Translations under genes and position numbers: made by a program
Assembly: GCA_041665405.1 (NCBI GenBank)
Contig: JBAYIZ010000001.1
Span: 90,618-154,617 of the forward strand
Reading direction: 5' to 3'
From: Candidatus Magasanikiibacteriota bacterium
GTDB lineage: Bacteria > Patescibacteriota > Patescibacteriia > Magasanikbacterales > GWA2-37-8
Length of the DNA: 64,000 bases
The notes under the pieces: generated by a model
Told to the model about the DNA's origin: nothing
Databases searched by the model: none
Seen by the model: the letters and a program-made list of their open reading frames with translations, nothing else
In this document: in pieces, positions 26,703 to 39,788 of the stretch
Numbering within the stretch: the stretch's first letter is position 1
How the letters are laid out: every line of letters starts with the position of its first letter

Positions 26703-28112
26703 TTATATATTACTTACTTTCGTTCCATCTTTATTATCCTTAACTTTATATCCCAATTTTTCCAATTGTCGACGCAACTCATCGCTCTTGCCCCAGTCTT
26801 TCTTGTGGCGCGCTTGGTCGCGTTCGGCTATTAGAATAGAAATTTCTTCTGGCAACGGCTCTTCCTTTTTTTCAAGCGCTTCTTTTATTTGCAAACCAAA
26901 AATTTTATCAAACTCGAATAAAGTTTCATGAGTAATTTTTTCACTCTTTACCGCTTCCCAAATAAGACCAAGTGCGGAAGGAATATTGAGGTCGTCACTA
27001 ATAAATTCATTAAACTTATTTATTATTTCCTTTTCTTCTTTTTGTTGTAGGGATTCCTCCACTTTGCTTCGCTTCGGTCGGAATGACACTGCAGAAAGTT
27101 TTTTTGCGGCGTTATATAAGTGTGTCAAACCAGCTTGAGCACCACGCAGAGCTTCCCAAGAAAAAGTGAGTTGTTTGCGGTAATGAGTCTGCAACAATAA
27201 ATATCGATAGGCGAGTGGACTGATTTCCTTTTCACGTAATGTTTGTAGAGTAACAAAATTATCTCCAGATTTGGCCATTTTATCACTACCCATCAATAGA
27301 AATTCACCATGCATCCAAAAATTGGCCAATGGTTCACCGTTGGCCGCTTCGCTCTGAGCGATTTCATTGGTGTGATGTACTGGTATGTGGTCTACTCCGC
27401 CACAGTGGATATCGAAAGGTTGCCCCAAATATTTTGTAGCCATCGCGCTACATTCAATATGCCAACCAGGAAAGCCGACACCCCACGGACTTTTCCACTC
27501 CATTTGTCGTTTTTGGAGTTTGGGAGAAAATTTCCATAATGCGAAATCAGTAGTATTTTTTTTGTCGCCTACATCTACTCGTACGCCAGCACGTAATTCC
27601 TGGTTTTGTAAATTGGCCAATTTGCCGTAGTCTTTTAATTTGCTAGTATCAAAATATATACCATCAGAGGTAGCATATGTGAAATCATTTTTTTCAAGTT
27701 TTTTTATTAATTTTATTTGTTCCTTGATATGATCGGTAGCACGACACCACAAAGTTGGTTCTAAAACATTGAGCTGTTCCAAATCCAAACGAAATGCATG
27801 AGTATAAAATTCAGCCAATTCCCAAGCAGTTTTTCCTTCACGTGCCGACCCTTTTTCCATTTTGTCTTCACCGGCATCGGCGTCATCAGTCAAATGACCA
27901 ACGTCTGTAATATTCATTACATGTTTTACTTTATAATCATTATATTGCAAAACTCGTTTCAAAATATCCTCAAATACATAAGTGCGCAAATTTCCAATGT
28001 GAGCATAATTGTAAACAGTAGGACCACAAGTATATAGCCCCACCCTCATTTTTTTAATAGATTTAAATTCGTCTAGTCGTCTCGTAAGGGTATTGTACAA
28101 ATAAATAGGCAT
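26703..28112 (-). CDS. cysS: Cysteine--tRNA ligase
   Basis: HIGN (HIGH-type) motif, KMAKSGDNF (KMSKS-type), Zn-binding Cys/His. 469 aa. Confidence 0.93.
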   Translation of the reverse strand: MPIYLYNTLTRRLDEFKSIKKMRVGLYTCGPTVYNYAHIGNLRTYVFEDILKRVLQYNDYKVKHVMNITDVGHLTDDADAGEDKMEKGSAREGKTAWELAEFYTHAFRLDLEQLNVLEPTLWCRATDHIKEQIKLIKKLEKNDFTYATSDGIYFDTSKLKDYGKLANLQNQELRAGVRVDVGDKKNTTDFALWKFSPKLQKRQMEWKSPWGVGFPGWHIECSAMATKYLGQPFDIHCGGVDHIPVHHTNEIAQSEAANGEPLANFWMHGEFLLMGSDKMAKSGDNFVTLQTLREKEISPLAYRYLLLQTHYRKQLTFSWEALRGAQAGLTHLYNAAKKLSAVSFRPKRSKVEESLQQKEEKEIINKFNEFISDDLNIPSALGLIWEAVKSEKITHETLFEFDKIFGLQIKEALEKKEEPLPEEISILIAERDQARHKKDWGKSDELRRQLEKLGYKVKDNKDGTKVSNI

Positions 28113-28255
28113 AAAAATAATATTTTATTCAATTAAGATAATAAATTTTTAACATTGAACAAGTGAGGATATAGTCTATATTTTATCCTATTTATCCACA
28201 GTTTTCAATAGGCGTATATCAGTAATTGCTTTTTTTTGCTATAATTATTATATAA

Positions 28256-29401
28256 ATGCTAAAAATTATGTCATTCTTCAAACCTAAATCTTATCTGGGG
28301 ATAGATTTGGGTGCTGGTGGTGTTAAAATTGTTGAGCTAAAACTAGAAAAGAAAAGACCAATGTTGTATACATATGGCCTGACTTCACAGATGCAAGATG
28401 TACACCGCTTGTTTGATGTGTCTGCGAACACCAATGTTTCGTTGTTGCCAGAGGATCAAAAAAAGAAAAGTGCAGAATCGCGAATTGATCCAGAACAGGT
28501 CAAAAAATACGCAAATTTAGTTAAGGCTGTTTGTGTTGGGGCTAGAACTACTGCCACATCTGCGACTGTTAGTTTGCCAGTATCCGTAGTTTTTCACGCT
28601 GTCATAAATTTACCATTATTGAAAAAAGAAGAACTAGACAGAGTGCTACGTGCAGAAGTAAAAAAACTTTTGCCTCGTCCGATTGACGAAATGGTACTGG
28701 ATTATCAGATGATAAAAAATGCCCCTGGATCCAAAACTCAGAGGGTATTGGTAAACGCTGTTCCAAAAGAATTAGTAATTTTTTATACACAAGTTTTCAA
28801 ATTAGCGGGTATTGAATTGGAATCTCTGGAGCCAGAGTCTATCGCTATTGAGCGATCATTGGTGGGACGTGATCAGAGCGTTTCGATGATTATAGATATC
28901 GGAGCAGAACGAACCAATTTCTACATTATTGATCAAGGTTATGCTATTACTCATCACAGTACTGAAATTGGTGGTGGTAGAATAAACAAAATTCTTTCCC
29001 ATACACTTGGTGTCAAAGATGATTTGGTCGAACAATTAAAATATGATTATTTTGGTAGTTTGTTGAAAAAAAATAATCACAGCCAAATGACCAAAGATAA
29101 GTTTTATGGATTATTTTCTACAATCATTGATCCGATAGTAAAGGAGATTGAATATAGTTTCGATATATATTTAAAACAAACAGGCAATGAGAACAAACGA
29201 CCAGAAAAAGTGATATTAACTGGCGGTGGCAGTTCTTTACCATATCTAGCTGAATTCATTTCAGAAAAGTTTAACATCAAATGTTATGTGGGAGACCCGT
29301 GGGGTCGGGTGGTTTATCAGGAAGGCTTGAAGCCGGCGCTGGCAAAGATTGGTCCACGTATGTCGGTGGCGGTTGGGCTGGCATTGCGAAAATTAGTGTG
29401 A
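28256..29401 (+). CDS. pilM: Type IV pilus assembly ATPase-fold protein PilM
   Basis: Actin-like fold N-terminus (LGIDLGAGGVKIVEL), 381 aa, upstream of pilin and prepilin peptidase genes. Confidence 0.7.
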   Translation: MLKIMSFFKPKSYLGIDLGAGGVKIVELKLEKKRPMLYTYGLTSQMQDVHRLFDVSANTNVSLLPEDQKKKSAESRIDPEQVKKYANLVKAVCVGARTTATSATVSLPVSVVFHAVINLPLLKKEELDRVLRAEVKKLLPRPIDEMVLDYQMIKNAPGSKTQRVLVNAVPKELVIFYTQVFKLAGIELESLEPESIAIERSLVGRDQSVSMIIDIGAERTNFYIIDQGYAITHHSTEIGGGRINKILSHTLGVKDDLVEQLKYDYFGSLLKKNNHSQMTKDKFYGLFSTIIDPIVKEIEYSFDIYLKQTGNENKRPEKVILTGGGSSLPYLAEFISEKFNIKCYVGDPWGRVVYQEGLKPALAKIGPRMSVAVGLALRKLV

Positions 29402-29436
29402 TACAATAAATACAAGTTAAATAACTGTTTTCTAAT

Positions 29437-29814
29437 ATGGCAGAAAAAATTCATGTGTTACTGGTAGAGGACGATGTTTTCCTCGCTGGCATTTATCAGA
29501 AAAAGTTTGAAATGGAGGGGTACAAGGTAACACTAGCCGACAATGGTGAAAAGGCCTTGGTTGAAGTTAAAAAGAAAAAACCAGATATTGTAATGCTGGA
29601 TATTTTATTACCAAAGCTTGATGGTTTTGCAGTATTGTCCAAAATGAAGGCCGGTCCAGACACCCAAAATATCCCGGTAATTTTATTGACCAATCTAGGT
29701 CAAAAAGATGATGTGGAAAAAGGGTTGCAAATGGGAGCGGCAGATTATTTGATAAAAGCTCATTTCAAACCATCGGAAGTTGTGGACAAGATTAAAAAGG
29801 TATTACACCTTTGA
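29437..29814 (+). CDS. Single-domain response regulator (CheY-like receiver)
   Basis: VLLVEDD..., phospho-acceptor Asp in IVMLDILLP, and conserved T/K (LLTNLG, ADYLIKAH). Confidence 0.85.
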   Translation: MAEKIHVLLVEDDVFLAGIYQKKFEMEGYKVTLADNGEKALVEVKKKKPDIVMLDILLPKLDGFAVLSKMKAGPDTQNIPVILLTNLGQKDDVEKGLQMGAADYLIKAHFKPSEVVDKIKKVLHL

Positions 29815-29888
29815 TTGTTCTGTGCTATAATTATATTAATATAAAGATTTGTTATGAAAACAATTCTATATGAAAAGGGGGTGAATTT

Positions 29889-30308
29889 ATGAATAAGAAA
29901 GGTTTTACATTGATTGAATTGCTTATCGTGATTGCTATCATCGGTTTGTTATCTACTCTAGCAGTAGTAGCGTTAGGTTCCGCTCGTGTTAAAGCGCGCG
30001 ACTCAAAACGTCTAGCCGATTTGAAACAATTACAAACAGCTCTTGAATTATACTACACTGATCAGAATGCATATCCAGTTGGCGCCGCTGTCACTTTAGG
30101 TGATGACACCCACGCTTGTTTGAATTCTGCTGGTTTTGCAGCTGCTGGTTGTGCTTCCCCATACATGGGTCAAGTTCCAGTAGATCCTCAATCTGGTACC
30201 TATACGTATAATGCTGCTTCTAGTAGTTATACTATCGATGCCACTTTGGAAGGTACAGTTAGTGGTCTTAACGGTGCTATACAATTGAGCCCGGCTGGTA
30301 TCAAATAA
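29889..30308 (+). CDS. Type IV pilin / pseudopilin with prepilin N-methylation motif
   Basis: [21 protein letters not shown] (class III signal peptide G|FTLIE). Confidence 0.88.
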   Translation: MNKKGFTLIELLIVIAIIGLLSTLAVVALGSARVKARDSKRLADLKQLQTALELYYTDQNAYPVGAAVTLGDDTHACLNSAGFAAAGCASPYMGQVPVDPQSGTYTYNAASSSYTIDATLEGTVSGLNGAIQLSPAGIK

Positions 30309-30387
30309 CTCGTTTTTTTAAACTAGCCCTCCTAGATTTTAGGAGGGTTTTGTTTTTTATATGATTGTGATATAATCTAGTATATAT

Positions 30388-31194
30388 ATGTTAGATTTAG
30401 GAAGTTATATCGTCCTGGTGGGCGGAATAGTTTATTTTTTTGTTTTTGTGCTAGGTTTGATTCTGGGCAGTTTTTTGAATTCCTGGATGTGGCGGGTGCG
30501 TGATAATATCAGGATTTTGTCCAATAGTCGTAGTATGTGTCCCAACTGCCATTATCAACTGCGTTGGTATGAAAATATTCCATTGATTAGCTGGTTGGTG
30601 TTGCGGGCTCACTGTAGTAATTGCAAAAAACCAATTCATTGGTCGTATTTTGTGGTGGAATTGGCGACTGGTTTTTTGATGATGTATGTAGTCGGACAAC
30701 ATGTAAAGTTGGTACATTTTAGTGAATGGGTGCTGTTAAGAGATGTTTGTTTTTTAACTTTTCTGATAATCATCTTCATGTATGATTTGCGCTACAAAAT
30801 TATTTTGTCTCGCGTAATATGGGCCGGTACAATTATTGGTTTTTTAATTAATATTTTAATTTTGAATTTTTCTGCTTCCTCATTGCTGTTAGGTATGTTA
30901 ATTGGTGGAGGGTTTTTTCTAATTCAATATATTGTTTCTAGTGGTAGATGGATCGGTGGCGGAGATATCCGAATGGGGGTAATGATGGGTGCGTGGTTGG
31001 GATGGCAGAATACTATTTTGGCATTATTTGTTGCCTATATTTTGGGAGCGATAGTTGGGATTGGTTTGATGTTGATAAAAAAAGCTGACGGTAAAACAGA
31101 GCTCCCATTTGGTATGTTTTTGGCAGTAGCGACTTTTATAACTTTATATTACGGTGATAGTTTGATTGGTTGGTATTTACAGTTTTTGAGATAG
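30388..31194 (+). CDS. pilD: Prepilin peptidase (A24 family) with an N-terminal zinc-finger
   Basis: CPNC...CSNC tetracysteine and polytopic membrane segments with conserved Asp residues (GGGDIRMG). Confidence 0.85.
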   Translation: MLDLGSYIVLVGGIVYFFVFVLGLILGSFLNSWMWRVRDNIRILSNSRSMCPNCHYQLRWYENIPLISWLVLRAHCSNCKKPIHWSYFVVELATGFLMMYVVGQHVKLVHFSEWVLLRDVCFLTFLIIIFMYDLRYKIILSRVIWAGTIIGFLINILILNFSASSLLLGMLIGGGFFLIQYIVSSGRWIGGGDIRMGVMMGAWLGWQNTILALFVAYILGAIVGIGLMLIKKADGKTELPFGMFLAVATFITLYYGDSLIGWYLQFLR

Positions 31195-31202
31195 GGTTTT
31201 GA

Positions 31203-33245
<2,043 letters not shown>

Positions 33246-33283
33246 TTTAAAATAGTATCATTAACTTATTAATGTAAAATCGT

Positions 33284-33682
33284 ATGGTGGATTTCCCAAA
33301 ATTTTTATCTGACTCTGTACCTGGAATAGGGGATGCTAGAGCGAAAAGAGATTTAAAATTAGAACATAACGCCGGATTAGATGCAGATAAAACAGCTCTT
33401 GATGCAGAAATTACATCTAGATTTGATATTAAGGGGTGGGAAGGTATGGACATAAAAGAGAAGAGAGAAAATTTACAAAATCTGTTTAATGATGTAAAGA
33501 AACATGTAGAAGGAATAACTCACGAAAAGTTTAGCCATGATGATTGGTATCCAGATATTTCAAAAATGGACGAAGAAAACCTGCGTCTTACTTTTGAAAA
33601 TTTGAAATCGAGAGTTAAACATGCTGGCGATAGTCACTCAATGACGGTTAAAAAGGCTCGTATTGATGATTTAAAAGTTTAA
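33284..33682 (+). CDS. Hypothetical protein
   Basis: 132-aa ORF with its own terminator at 33697-33732. Confidence 0.5.
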   Translation: MVDFPKFLSDSVPGIGDARAKRDLKLEHNAGLDADKTALDAEITSRFDIKGWEGMDIKEKRENLQNLFNDVKKHVEGITHEKFSHDDWYPDISKMDEENLRLTFENLKSRVKHAGDSHSMTVKKARIDDLKV

Positions 33683-33696
33683 ACTTTATAGTTTAA

Positions 33697-33732
33697 TCAA
33701 AAAAACATCTCGACAAAATCGGGATGTTTTTT
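33697..33732 (+). terminator. Intrinsic terminator
   Basis: CATCTCG-ACAAAAT-CGGGATG followed by TTTTTTTG. Confidence 0.6.
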
Positions 33733-33798
33733 TGCTGAAGTATATGGATGTTATCAATATTTTGTAAAATATATAAAATATGATATAATATCGCCACT

Positions 33799-36747
33799 AT
33801 GAATATTCGTTGGTTTGAAGATCTGACAATTAAAGACATTCCCTCTGTTGGTGGCAAAAACGCCTCATTGGGAGAGATGTATTCCAAATTGACCAAAAAG
33901 GGGATGAAAGTTCCCAATGGTTTTGCGTTGACCTCAAAGGCCTATTGGAGTTTTATTAAAGAAAATAAGTTGGATAAAAAAATTAAAGAAATTTTAAAAA
34001 ATCTGGATGTTAAAAATGTACGGGCATTATCCGCGGCTGGTGGAAAAGTGCGTAAACTTATTTTGGATGCGAAATTTCCAAAAGACATTGAGAAAGATAT
34101 TTCAAAGGCCTATAAAGATTTAACCAAAAAATCCAAGAAAAATGTTTTGGATGTGGCGGTGCGTTCATCTGCCACAGCTGAAGATTTACCAGATGCAAGT
34201 TTTGCTGGACAGCAAGAAACATATTTAAATGTGCGTGGTGAAAAAGAATTATTGTTGGCTTGCAAAAAATGTGTGGCCTCATTGTTTACCGATCGCGCGA
34301 TTTCATATCGTGAAGCCAAAGGGTTTGATCACCTCGCTGTTGCATTGTCTGTCGGTGTTCAAGAAATGGTGCGTAGTGATTTGGGTGCATCGGGCGTAAT
34401 GTTTACTTTGGACACTGAATCTGGTTTCAAAGGTGTGGTTTTGGTTAATGCTTCATATGGTCTAGGTGAATATGTGGTAAAGGGCCGAGTAACACCGGAT
34501 CAATTTTATGTTTTCAAAGATGGAGTAAAAAATGGTTTTAAATCTATTATTTCTCATCGTTTGGGTAGCAAAGAAGTGAAATTAATTTATGGAAAAATCG
34601 GCACCAAACAAGAAAAAGTAAAAATTGTTGACCAAAAACAATATTGCCTGACCGATGATGAAGTGATTCAGCTTGCCAAATGGGGTGTGGAGATTGAAGA
34701 GCATTATGGTCATGCGATGGATATCGAATGGGCCAAAGACGGTGTGACTGGCAAATTGTATATTGTGCAGGCCCGCGGAGAGACCGTGAAATCACAAGAA
34801 AAACAAACCTATATTGAGACCTATGTTTTGCAGAAAAAGGGTGATGTATTGGTAGAGGGTGCAAGTGTCGGACAAAAAATCGGACAAGGTAGAGCGCACA
34901 TTATCAATTCACCAAAACAGATGAAAGAGTTCAAGGCTGGTGAAGTATTGGTGACTAGAATTACTGATCCAGATTGGGAGCCGATTATGAGATTAGCTAG
35001 TGCTATTGTCACCGAACAGGGTGGCAAAACTTCGCACGCCGCGATTGTGTCGCGTGAGTTGGGAGTTCCTTGTATTGTTGGCGCCAACAAAGCCAGACAA
35101 ATTATCAAAAACGGTCAAGAAATTACCGTGTCATGTGCGGAAGGTGAAGTGGGTTTTGTATACAAAGGCCATTTACCATTTAGTGTAGAGCGCGCGGAAT
35201 TGAAAAATTTGCCGGTGACCAAAACCAAAATCATGATCAATGCGGGTAATCCAGATAGTGCGTTTGCGTTGTCGGCGATTCCAAATGATGGAGTTGGTCT
35301 AGCTCGTGAAGAATTTATTTTTACAAATTTTATCAAAATTCATCCGTTGGCTTTGGTACATTTCAAAGATTTGCAAGATAAAAAAGCTAAGGCACGAATC
35401 GAAGAATTAACAGTAGGGTATAAAGACAAATCACAATATTGTGTGGACAAACTAGCCGAAGGTATCGCTTTCTTGGCCAGTGCTTTTCATCCTCATGATG
35501 TGATTGTGCGTTTGTCTGATTTTAAAACCAATGAATATGCCACATTGATTGGTGGAAAAGAATTTGAACCGCACGAAGAAAATCCGATGATGGGTTGGCG
35601 TGGTGCGTCTCGTTATTATGATCCCAAATATAAACCTGGTTTCAAACTAGAATGTGCGGCCTTGAAAAAAGTGCGCGAGGTTTGGGGATTAAAAAATATT
35701 ATTGTGATGGTGCCATTTTGTCGCACTGTAGAAGAAGGCAAAAAAGTTTTGGATACGATGAAAGAATTTGGATTGGAACGCGGTAAAGACGGATTGCAAG
35801 TATATGTAATGTGCGAGATTCCATCCAATGTAATTTTGGCCAAAGAATTTGCACAGATTTTTGATGGATTTAGTATTGGCAGTAACGATCTCACTCAATT
35901 GACTTTGGGTGTGGACAGAGATTCGTCTTTGGTGTCGCATGTGTATGATGAAAATAACATGGCGGTCAAAACCTTGATCCGTCAAGTGATTCAAGTGGCA
36001 CATCAATACAAACGCAAAGTCGGAATTTGCGGACAAGCGCCAAGTGATTATCCAGAGTTTGCAGAATTTTTGGTGCAGGAGGGGATAGATAGTATTTCTC
36101 TCAATCCAGATACAGCTTTGAAAACTCGTACACGTATTGCAGCTATGGAAAAGAAAGTGGGTAACAGTAAAGGCAAGGCGTTCAAAGTTGCTTTGGCGGC
36201 GAAGTCGTTGCTCGTGTTGGGTGTAGTTGGTTTGACCTCAATTTTGGGAGGATATGGTTGTCAGACGGTGAATAATCAGACGGTGGCAGACAATCTCAAA
36301 GTTTCTATGCAACAACAGGTTTTGGAAATCAAAGCACAGTTGCGACAAGAAATTGTAAATGAGTTGGCCAAACAATTACCAACTGAATCCATTTATACTG
36401 ATGATAGTTTTGTAAAAATAAAATTAAAATATCCGAATGTTTGGCAGACCAATCGCTGGGAGGACGGAGTGAAATTTATGAATGCGGATGAATCGCAATA
36501 TCTGATGGTGTTTGTACAAAAGATGGGGCATCCAGTACCTGAGGAAAAAATTTCGACTACTACCTGGAATGGATATCCGGCGAAACGATTGCAAGATGGT
36601 AGCCAAAAGGATGGCACACCGTATGAAGTGCTAGAAGTTTATCCATTGGGATATAAAAAAACTAGTGAGATAATCGAGTTGCGTGGTGATCCTGCGACAT
36701 TTGAAAACAGTTTAAAAAATATTTTAGAGTTTTCGGTGCCAAAATAA
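33799..36747 (+). CDS. ppsA: Phosphoenolpyruvate synthase (pyruvate, water dikinase) with a ~200-aa C-terminal extension containing a TM helix
   Basis: PEP-utilizing enzyme mobile domain GGKTSHAAIVSRELGVPCIVG, N-terminal ATP-grasp, C-terminal TIM barrel. Then LVLGVVGLTSILGGYGC plus an extra domain. Confidence 0.85.
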   Translation: MNIRWFEDLTIKDIPSVGGKNASLGEMYSKLTKKGMKVPNGFALTSKAYWSFIKENKLDKKIKEILKNLDVKNVRALSAAGGKVRKLILDAKFPKDIEKDISKAYKDLTKKSKKNVLDVAVRSSATAEDLPDASFAGQQETYLNVRGEKELLLACKKCVASLFTDRAISYREAKGFDHLAVALSVGVQEMVRSDLGASGVMFTLDTESGFKGVVLVNASYGLGEYVVKGRVTPDQFYVFKDGVKNGFKSIISHRLGSKEVKLIYGKIGTKQEKVKIVDQKQYCLTDDEVIQLAKWGVEIEEHYGHAMDIEWAKDGVTGKLYIVQARGETVKSQEKQTYIETYVLQKKGDVLVEGASVGQKIGQGRAHIINSPKQMKEFKAGEVLVTRITDPDWEPIMRLASAIVTEQGGKTSHAAIVSRELGVPCIVGANKARQIIKNGQEITVSCAEGEVGFVYKGHLPFSVERAELKNLPVTKTKIMINAGNPDSAFALSAIPNDGVGLAREEFIFTNFIKIHPLALVHFKDLQDKKAKARIEELTVGYKDKSQYCVDKLAEGIAFLASAFHPHDVIVRLSDFKTNEYATLIGGKEFEPHEENPMMGWRGASRYYDPKYKPGFKLECAALKKVREVWGLKNIIVMVPFCRTVEEGKKVLDTMKEFGLERGKDGLQVYVMCEIPSNVILAKEFAQIFDGFSIGSNDLTQLTLGVDRDSSLVSHVYDENNMAVKTLIRQVIQVAHQYKRKVGICGQAPSDYPEFAEFLVQEGIDSISLNPDTALKTRTRIAAMEKKVGNSKGKAFKVALAAKSLLVLGVVGLTSILGGYGCQTVNNQTVADNLKVSMQQQVLEIKAQLRQEIVNELAKQLPTESIYTDDSFVKIKLKYPNVWQTNRWEDGVKFMNADESQYLMVFVQKMGHPVPEEKISTTTWNGYPAKRLQDGSQKDGTPYEVLEVYPLGYKKTSEIIELRGDPATFENSLKNILEFSVPK

Positions 36748-36757
36748 TAATATAAGG

Positions 36758-36800
36758 ATAAAAAAGGCACGGCCAAAAGTAACTTTTGGCTGTGCCTTTT
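36758..36800. terminator. Bidirectional terminator between ppsA and the helicase gene
   Basis: AAAAAGGCACGGCCAAAAG-TAA-CTTTTGGCTGTGCCTTTTTT. Confidence 0.7.
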
Positions 36801-36805
36801 TTGAT

Positions 36806-38620
36806 TTATATAATACATAATTTAACGTTTCCCATCACGTGTAATTCAGACATTGCGCGAGTGAGGGCTACGTATAGTAAATCATGTTGCACTTTTTTGA
36901 ATTCTTCTGTTACCCCAGATGGCAATCCGTCCACATCAAACGAGCGTTCATTTATCCCGACCAAACAAACTGTTTCAAACTCCACACCCTGTGCTTCCTG
37001 CATACTTAGACAGCGCACGTTTTTATTATCTTTAAATATTTTTTTGAATTCATCCAGATATTCTTTTTCTTTAGCCAGTATGCCGATGGTACCATTATCC
37101 ATGGTGTTTAGAATTTGTTTTATCTGTCCAATTTCTTGTTCCTTTGTTTCGAAAACATATTCCATCACTGGTTGGCCATCTTTTATTTCTACTGGGATAG
37201 AAACCGTGTATCCCAAACCGCGAATATAATTTAAAATTTGTTTGGTGTTGCGATAAACTTTTTGCAGAGATACCAAGCGTTCGTTTTCAATGTTTTCCCC
37301 GATGTCACTCCAAGCCGTTATCGTACCTAGTTGGGTTTGTTGGGCGAGGTCACCAACATATACCACAGATTCCAGGCGATGGTTTTGGCAATTTTTTAGT
37401 AATGCTAGTTGTTCTGGTAAATAATTTTGGAATTCATCTACAATCGTCAAATTATATTGCACTGGAAAAGCTTTGTTTTTCTTGCGGTAGGTGCCTTTGG
37501 CAGATTGTTCGTAATAATCACTTTTGATAGTAAATTGTCCAAAAGTTTTGAGGTAACATTTTAATAGAATAGTAAGATCAAAACGATCTAGTACTAGTTC
37601 GTTTTTTTGTTTAGCAAAAAGTTCAAATTGTGACTTATCAAAATTTGAATAAACTTTTTGAAGTAGTCCCCAAATATTTTTGTTATAATTTAATTCTGTT
37701 GGTAATTGTCTCAAGGTAGTGAGCTTTTTATATTCATACAAATTTCTTTCTTTCTCATTTGATCCATAACGAGTGGTCACTCTATAATTTTCTCCCAAAT
37801 TTAATATCGTAAACGCCCACTCTGCGAAGGTGATAATATTCACTCCACGTATTCCAAGCTCTGGTAATAGATGCGAGAAGTATTCTCTGGTACCGGCATC
37901 TTGAACCAACACCAAAATTGCATCAGTAGGGAATAGTTCGGTAGTTTCTGGGGATTGCATTAGATAGGCGACACGATGCAATGCCATCGTTGTTTTGCCT
38001 GAACCGGCTGGACCGGAAATTAAAAACGGACCGCGATAGGAGGTGCGCACTATTTGGTCTTGGGCTTTTTCCATTTGTTCGACTACTTCTGGCAATACAA
38101 AGCCAGCTTTTTGGCGGGTAAAATGTTCTTGATAAATTAATTCTCTTGGGTGTTCTGTGCTCTCGGTGGAAAGAAAAATTAATTTTCCATCCACAATCAT
38201 GTATTGGTCTTTGCTGAGCAATTTTCCAGATTGTGTTTTACCATCTGGTCGGGTGTAAGAGGCTGGTCCAGGATCTTCAAAACGTAACATCGCCGCTGGT
38301 GTAATCCATGAATATATTTTTTCATTGCTAAACGAAAATTTGGCGAAATACATTATCTTATTCTCGCCATTTATTTCAAATTCACAGCGGGTGAAATATG
38401 GTGAAGGATAAAGCTGTTTCAAATTTTCTACCTGTTCTTGATTGTGAGCAGCGAGTTTTTGTTGTGCTATAGCATCGCCAGGTAACATGTTGATGGCCGA
38501 CTTTTTCATCACCGATCCTTTTGCTTCGCGATGAATAATATCATCGGTAATTTTTTTGCGAATATCGCCAATGTGTTCTCGCGATTGTTCAAGTAGTATT
38601 TTCTTTTGTTCTTCATTCAT
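36806..38620 (-). CDS. UvrD-family DNA helicase, HelD (helicase IV)-like
   Basis: Walker A GPAGSGKTT, DEFQNY (DExx box), C-terminal LYVALTRA. N-terminal accessory domain as in HelD. Confidence 0.7.
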   Translation of the reverse strand: MNEEQKKILLEQSREHIGDIRKKITDDIIHREAKGSVMKKSAINMLPGDAIAQQKLAAHNQEQVENLKQLYPSPYFTRCEFEINGENKIMYFAKFSFSNEKIYSWITPAAMLRFEDPGPASYTRPDGKTQSGKLLSKDQYMIVDGKLIFLSTESTEHPRELIYQEHFTRQKAGFVLPEVVEQMEKAQDQIVRTSYRGPFLISGPAGSGKTTMALHRVAYLMQSPETTELFPTDAILVLVQDAGTREYFSHLLPELGIRGVNIITFAEWAFTILNLGENYRVTTRYGSNEKERNLYEYKKLTTLRQLPTELNYNKNIWGLLQKVYSNFDKSQFELFAKQKNELVLDRFDLTILLKCYLKTFGQFTIKSDYYEQSAKGTYRKKNKAFPVQYNLTIVDEFQNYLPEQLALLKNCQNHRLESVVYVGDLAQQTQLGTITAWSDIGENIENERLVSLQKVYRNTKQILNYIRGLGYTVSIPVEIKDGQPVMEYVFETKEQEIGQIKQILNTMDNGTIGILAKEKEYLDEFKKIFKDNKNVRCLSMQEAQGVEFETVCLVGINERSFDVDGLPSGVTEEFKKVQHDLLYVALTRAMSELHVMGNVKLCII

Positions 38621-38646
38621 AATATTTTTAAATATATAAAAATTAA

Positions 38647-38672
38647 AAAAATCCCGATTTTTCGGGATTTGG
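38647..38672 (-). terminator. Intrinsic terminator (minus strand) downstream of the 39018-39554 gene
   Basis: Minus strand: AAATCCCGA-AAAAT-CGGGATTTTTTT. Confidence 0.55.
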
Positions 38673-39017
38673 TCTAATCTGGGCGATTGTAATAATTCAG
38701 TCTAGTATGTTGTGATATATAATCTTTCATACTTTATAAAATGATTATAAATCATGTTTTGGTATTTGTCAAGAAAAACAAAAACCGCCCTTGCCTAAAT
38801 TCGGAAAATTCATTCTGAACTTGGGCAAGTTGGGCGGTCGATGTGTCTGACCATTTCCTCCTTGTCGGCTCGGGTGAGCCATATGTACATCCTTGCGGAC
38901 GGAACGACGGTCAGCGTCGCTCTACCCCACCGTATTTCGGAGGATGGGGTGTTTGATATTAGCCTTTCGCTTCCACGGCGTCAGCAAGCTTTTGTTCAAG
39001 CGTGCGAAATCGGGCCT

Positions 39018-39554
39018 CTACTTCTTGCCGCGGAAGCGTTGGAGCACCTTCTTGTTGATGCTGTATTTCGAGGGCACGGTGCCCTCGAGGCAGGCTCTCG
39101 CGACCGCTTCGCTCGGGAAGAGCCGCACCCACGTACGGCGTTGCACCTGCAGCTTTTCGAGGATCACTCGTTTGCCGTTGGTGAAGCCGTCCATTCCGAA
39201 GAGGCTCTCATCCGTGAGAGTGATCTCGCGACGGACCTGCTCCGTGCCGATGTCCTCGTCGAAGTAGAGCTTGCCGAAGTCCATCAAGTCGCCGGCGTCG
39301 CGGAACTGATCGACCATGGTGGGCTCGAGCCCCGGAACGAGCGACATCATGAAGCTCTGCAACCGCTCGGCTTCGAAGATTCCCTCCTTGGGAGCGACGA
39401 CGAAGCTCATCGTCTGGCTCCAGTAGCCGTCCCTGTGGGGGATGTAGTTGATGTCGCAGCAGTTCACCACGACGATGGACGTGTTCCCCTCGAGAGCTTC
39501 GCGAACCTGCGAGAGTTTGTTCATCTTTTGATCTCCCTTCGAAGTCTTATCCAT
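39018..39554 (-). CDS. Hypothetical protein (178 aa), GC-rich foreign-looking gene
   Basis: The minus-strand product has a natural composition (MDKTSKGDQKMNKLSQVREALEG...). The overlapping plus-strand ORF is A/L/R/E-rich, typical of an antisense artefact. A promoter lies at 39678-39707. Confidence 0.6.
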   Translation of the reverse strand: MDKTSKGDQKMNKLSQVREALEGNTSIVVVNCCDINYIPHRDGYWSQTMSFVVAPKEGIFEAERLQSFMMSLVPGLEPTMVDQFRDAGDLMDFGKLYFDEDIGTEQVRREITLTDESLFGMDGFTNGKRVILEKLQVQRRTWVRLFPSEAVARACLEGTVPSKYSINKKVLQRFRGKK

Positions 39555-39677
39555 GCGTTCGGGTACGCTTGGATGTGGTGATTTGGTTCAAAGAACTCAA
39601 AACAGTATTTCGCCCGATCTGCTTCGACGACTTAGGGCGTTACAAAGATAACGAACTAAATCGTCAAAACAACTTGT

Positions 39678-39707
39678 AATGTTACCATAAAAATGAGCTT
39701 TCGTCAA
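39678..39707 (-). promoter_or_regulatory. Sigma70-type promoter (minus strand) for the 39018-39554 gene
   Basis: Minus strand TTGACGaaagctcatttttatggTAACAT. Same architecture as the promoters at 11374, 25324 and 52075. Confidence 0.45.
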
Positions 39708-39765
39708 CCCCCTTGCCCTAAAGTAAAAGCACACTATCGTAATAGTGTGCTCTATCTAAAAAATT

Positions 39766-39788
39766 TGGCGGGTCGGACGGGACTCGAA
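39766..39788 (-). repeat. Duplicate of the tRNA-Asp 3' end (23 nt, TGGCGGGTCGGACGGGACTCGAA), a candidate att/recombination scar
   Basis: Identical over 23 nt to 40925-40947. The adjacent downstream hairpin (AAAAGCACAC...GTGTGCTCT at 39722-39752) parallels the terminator next to the intact tRNA (AAAAGCAC...GTGCTCT at 40878-40908). Confidence 0.7.
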
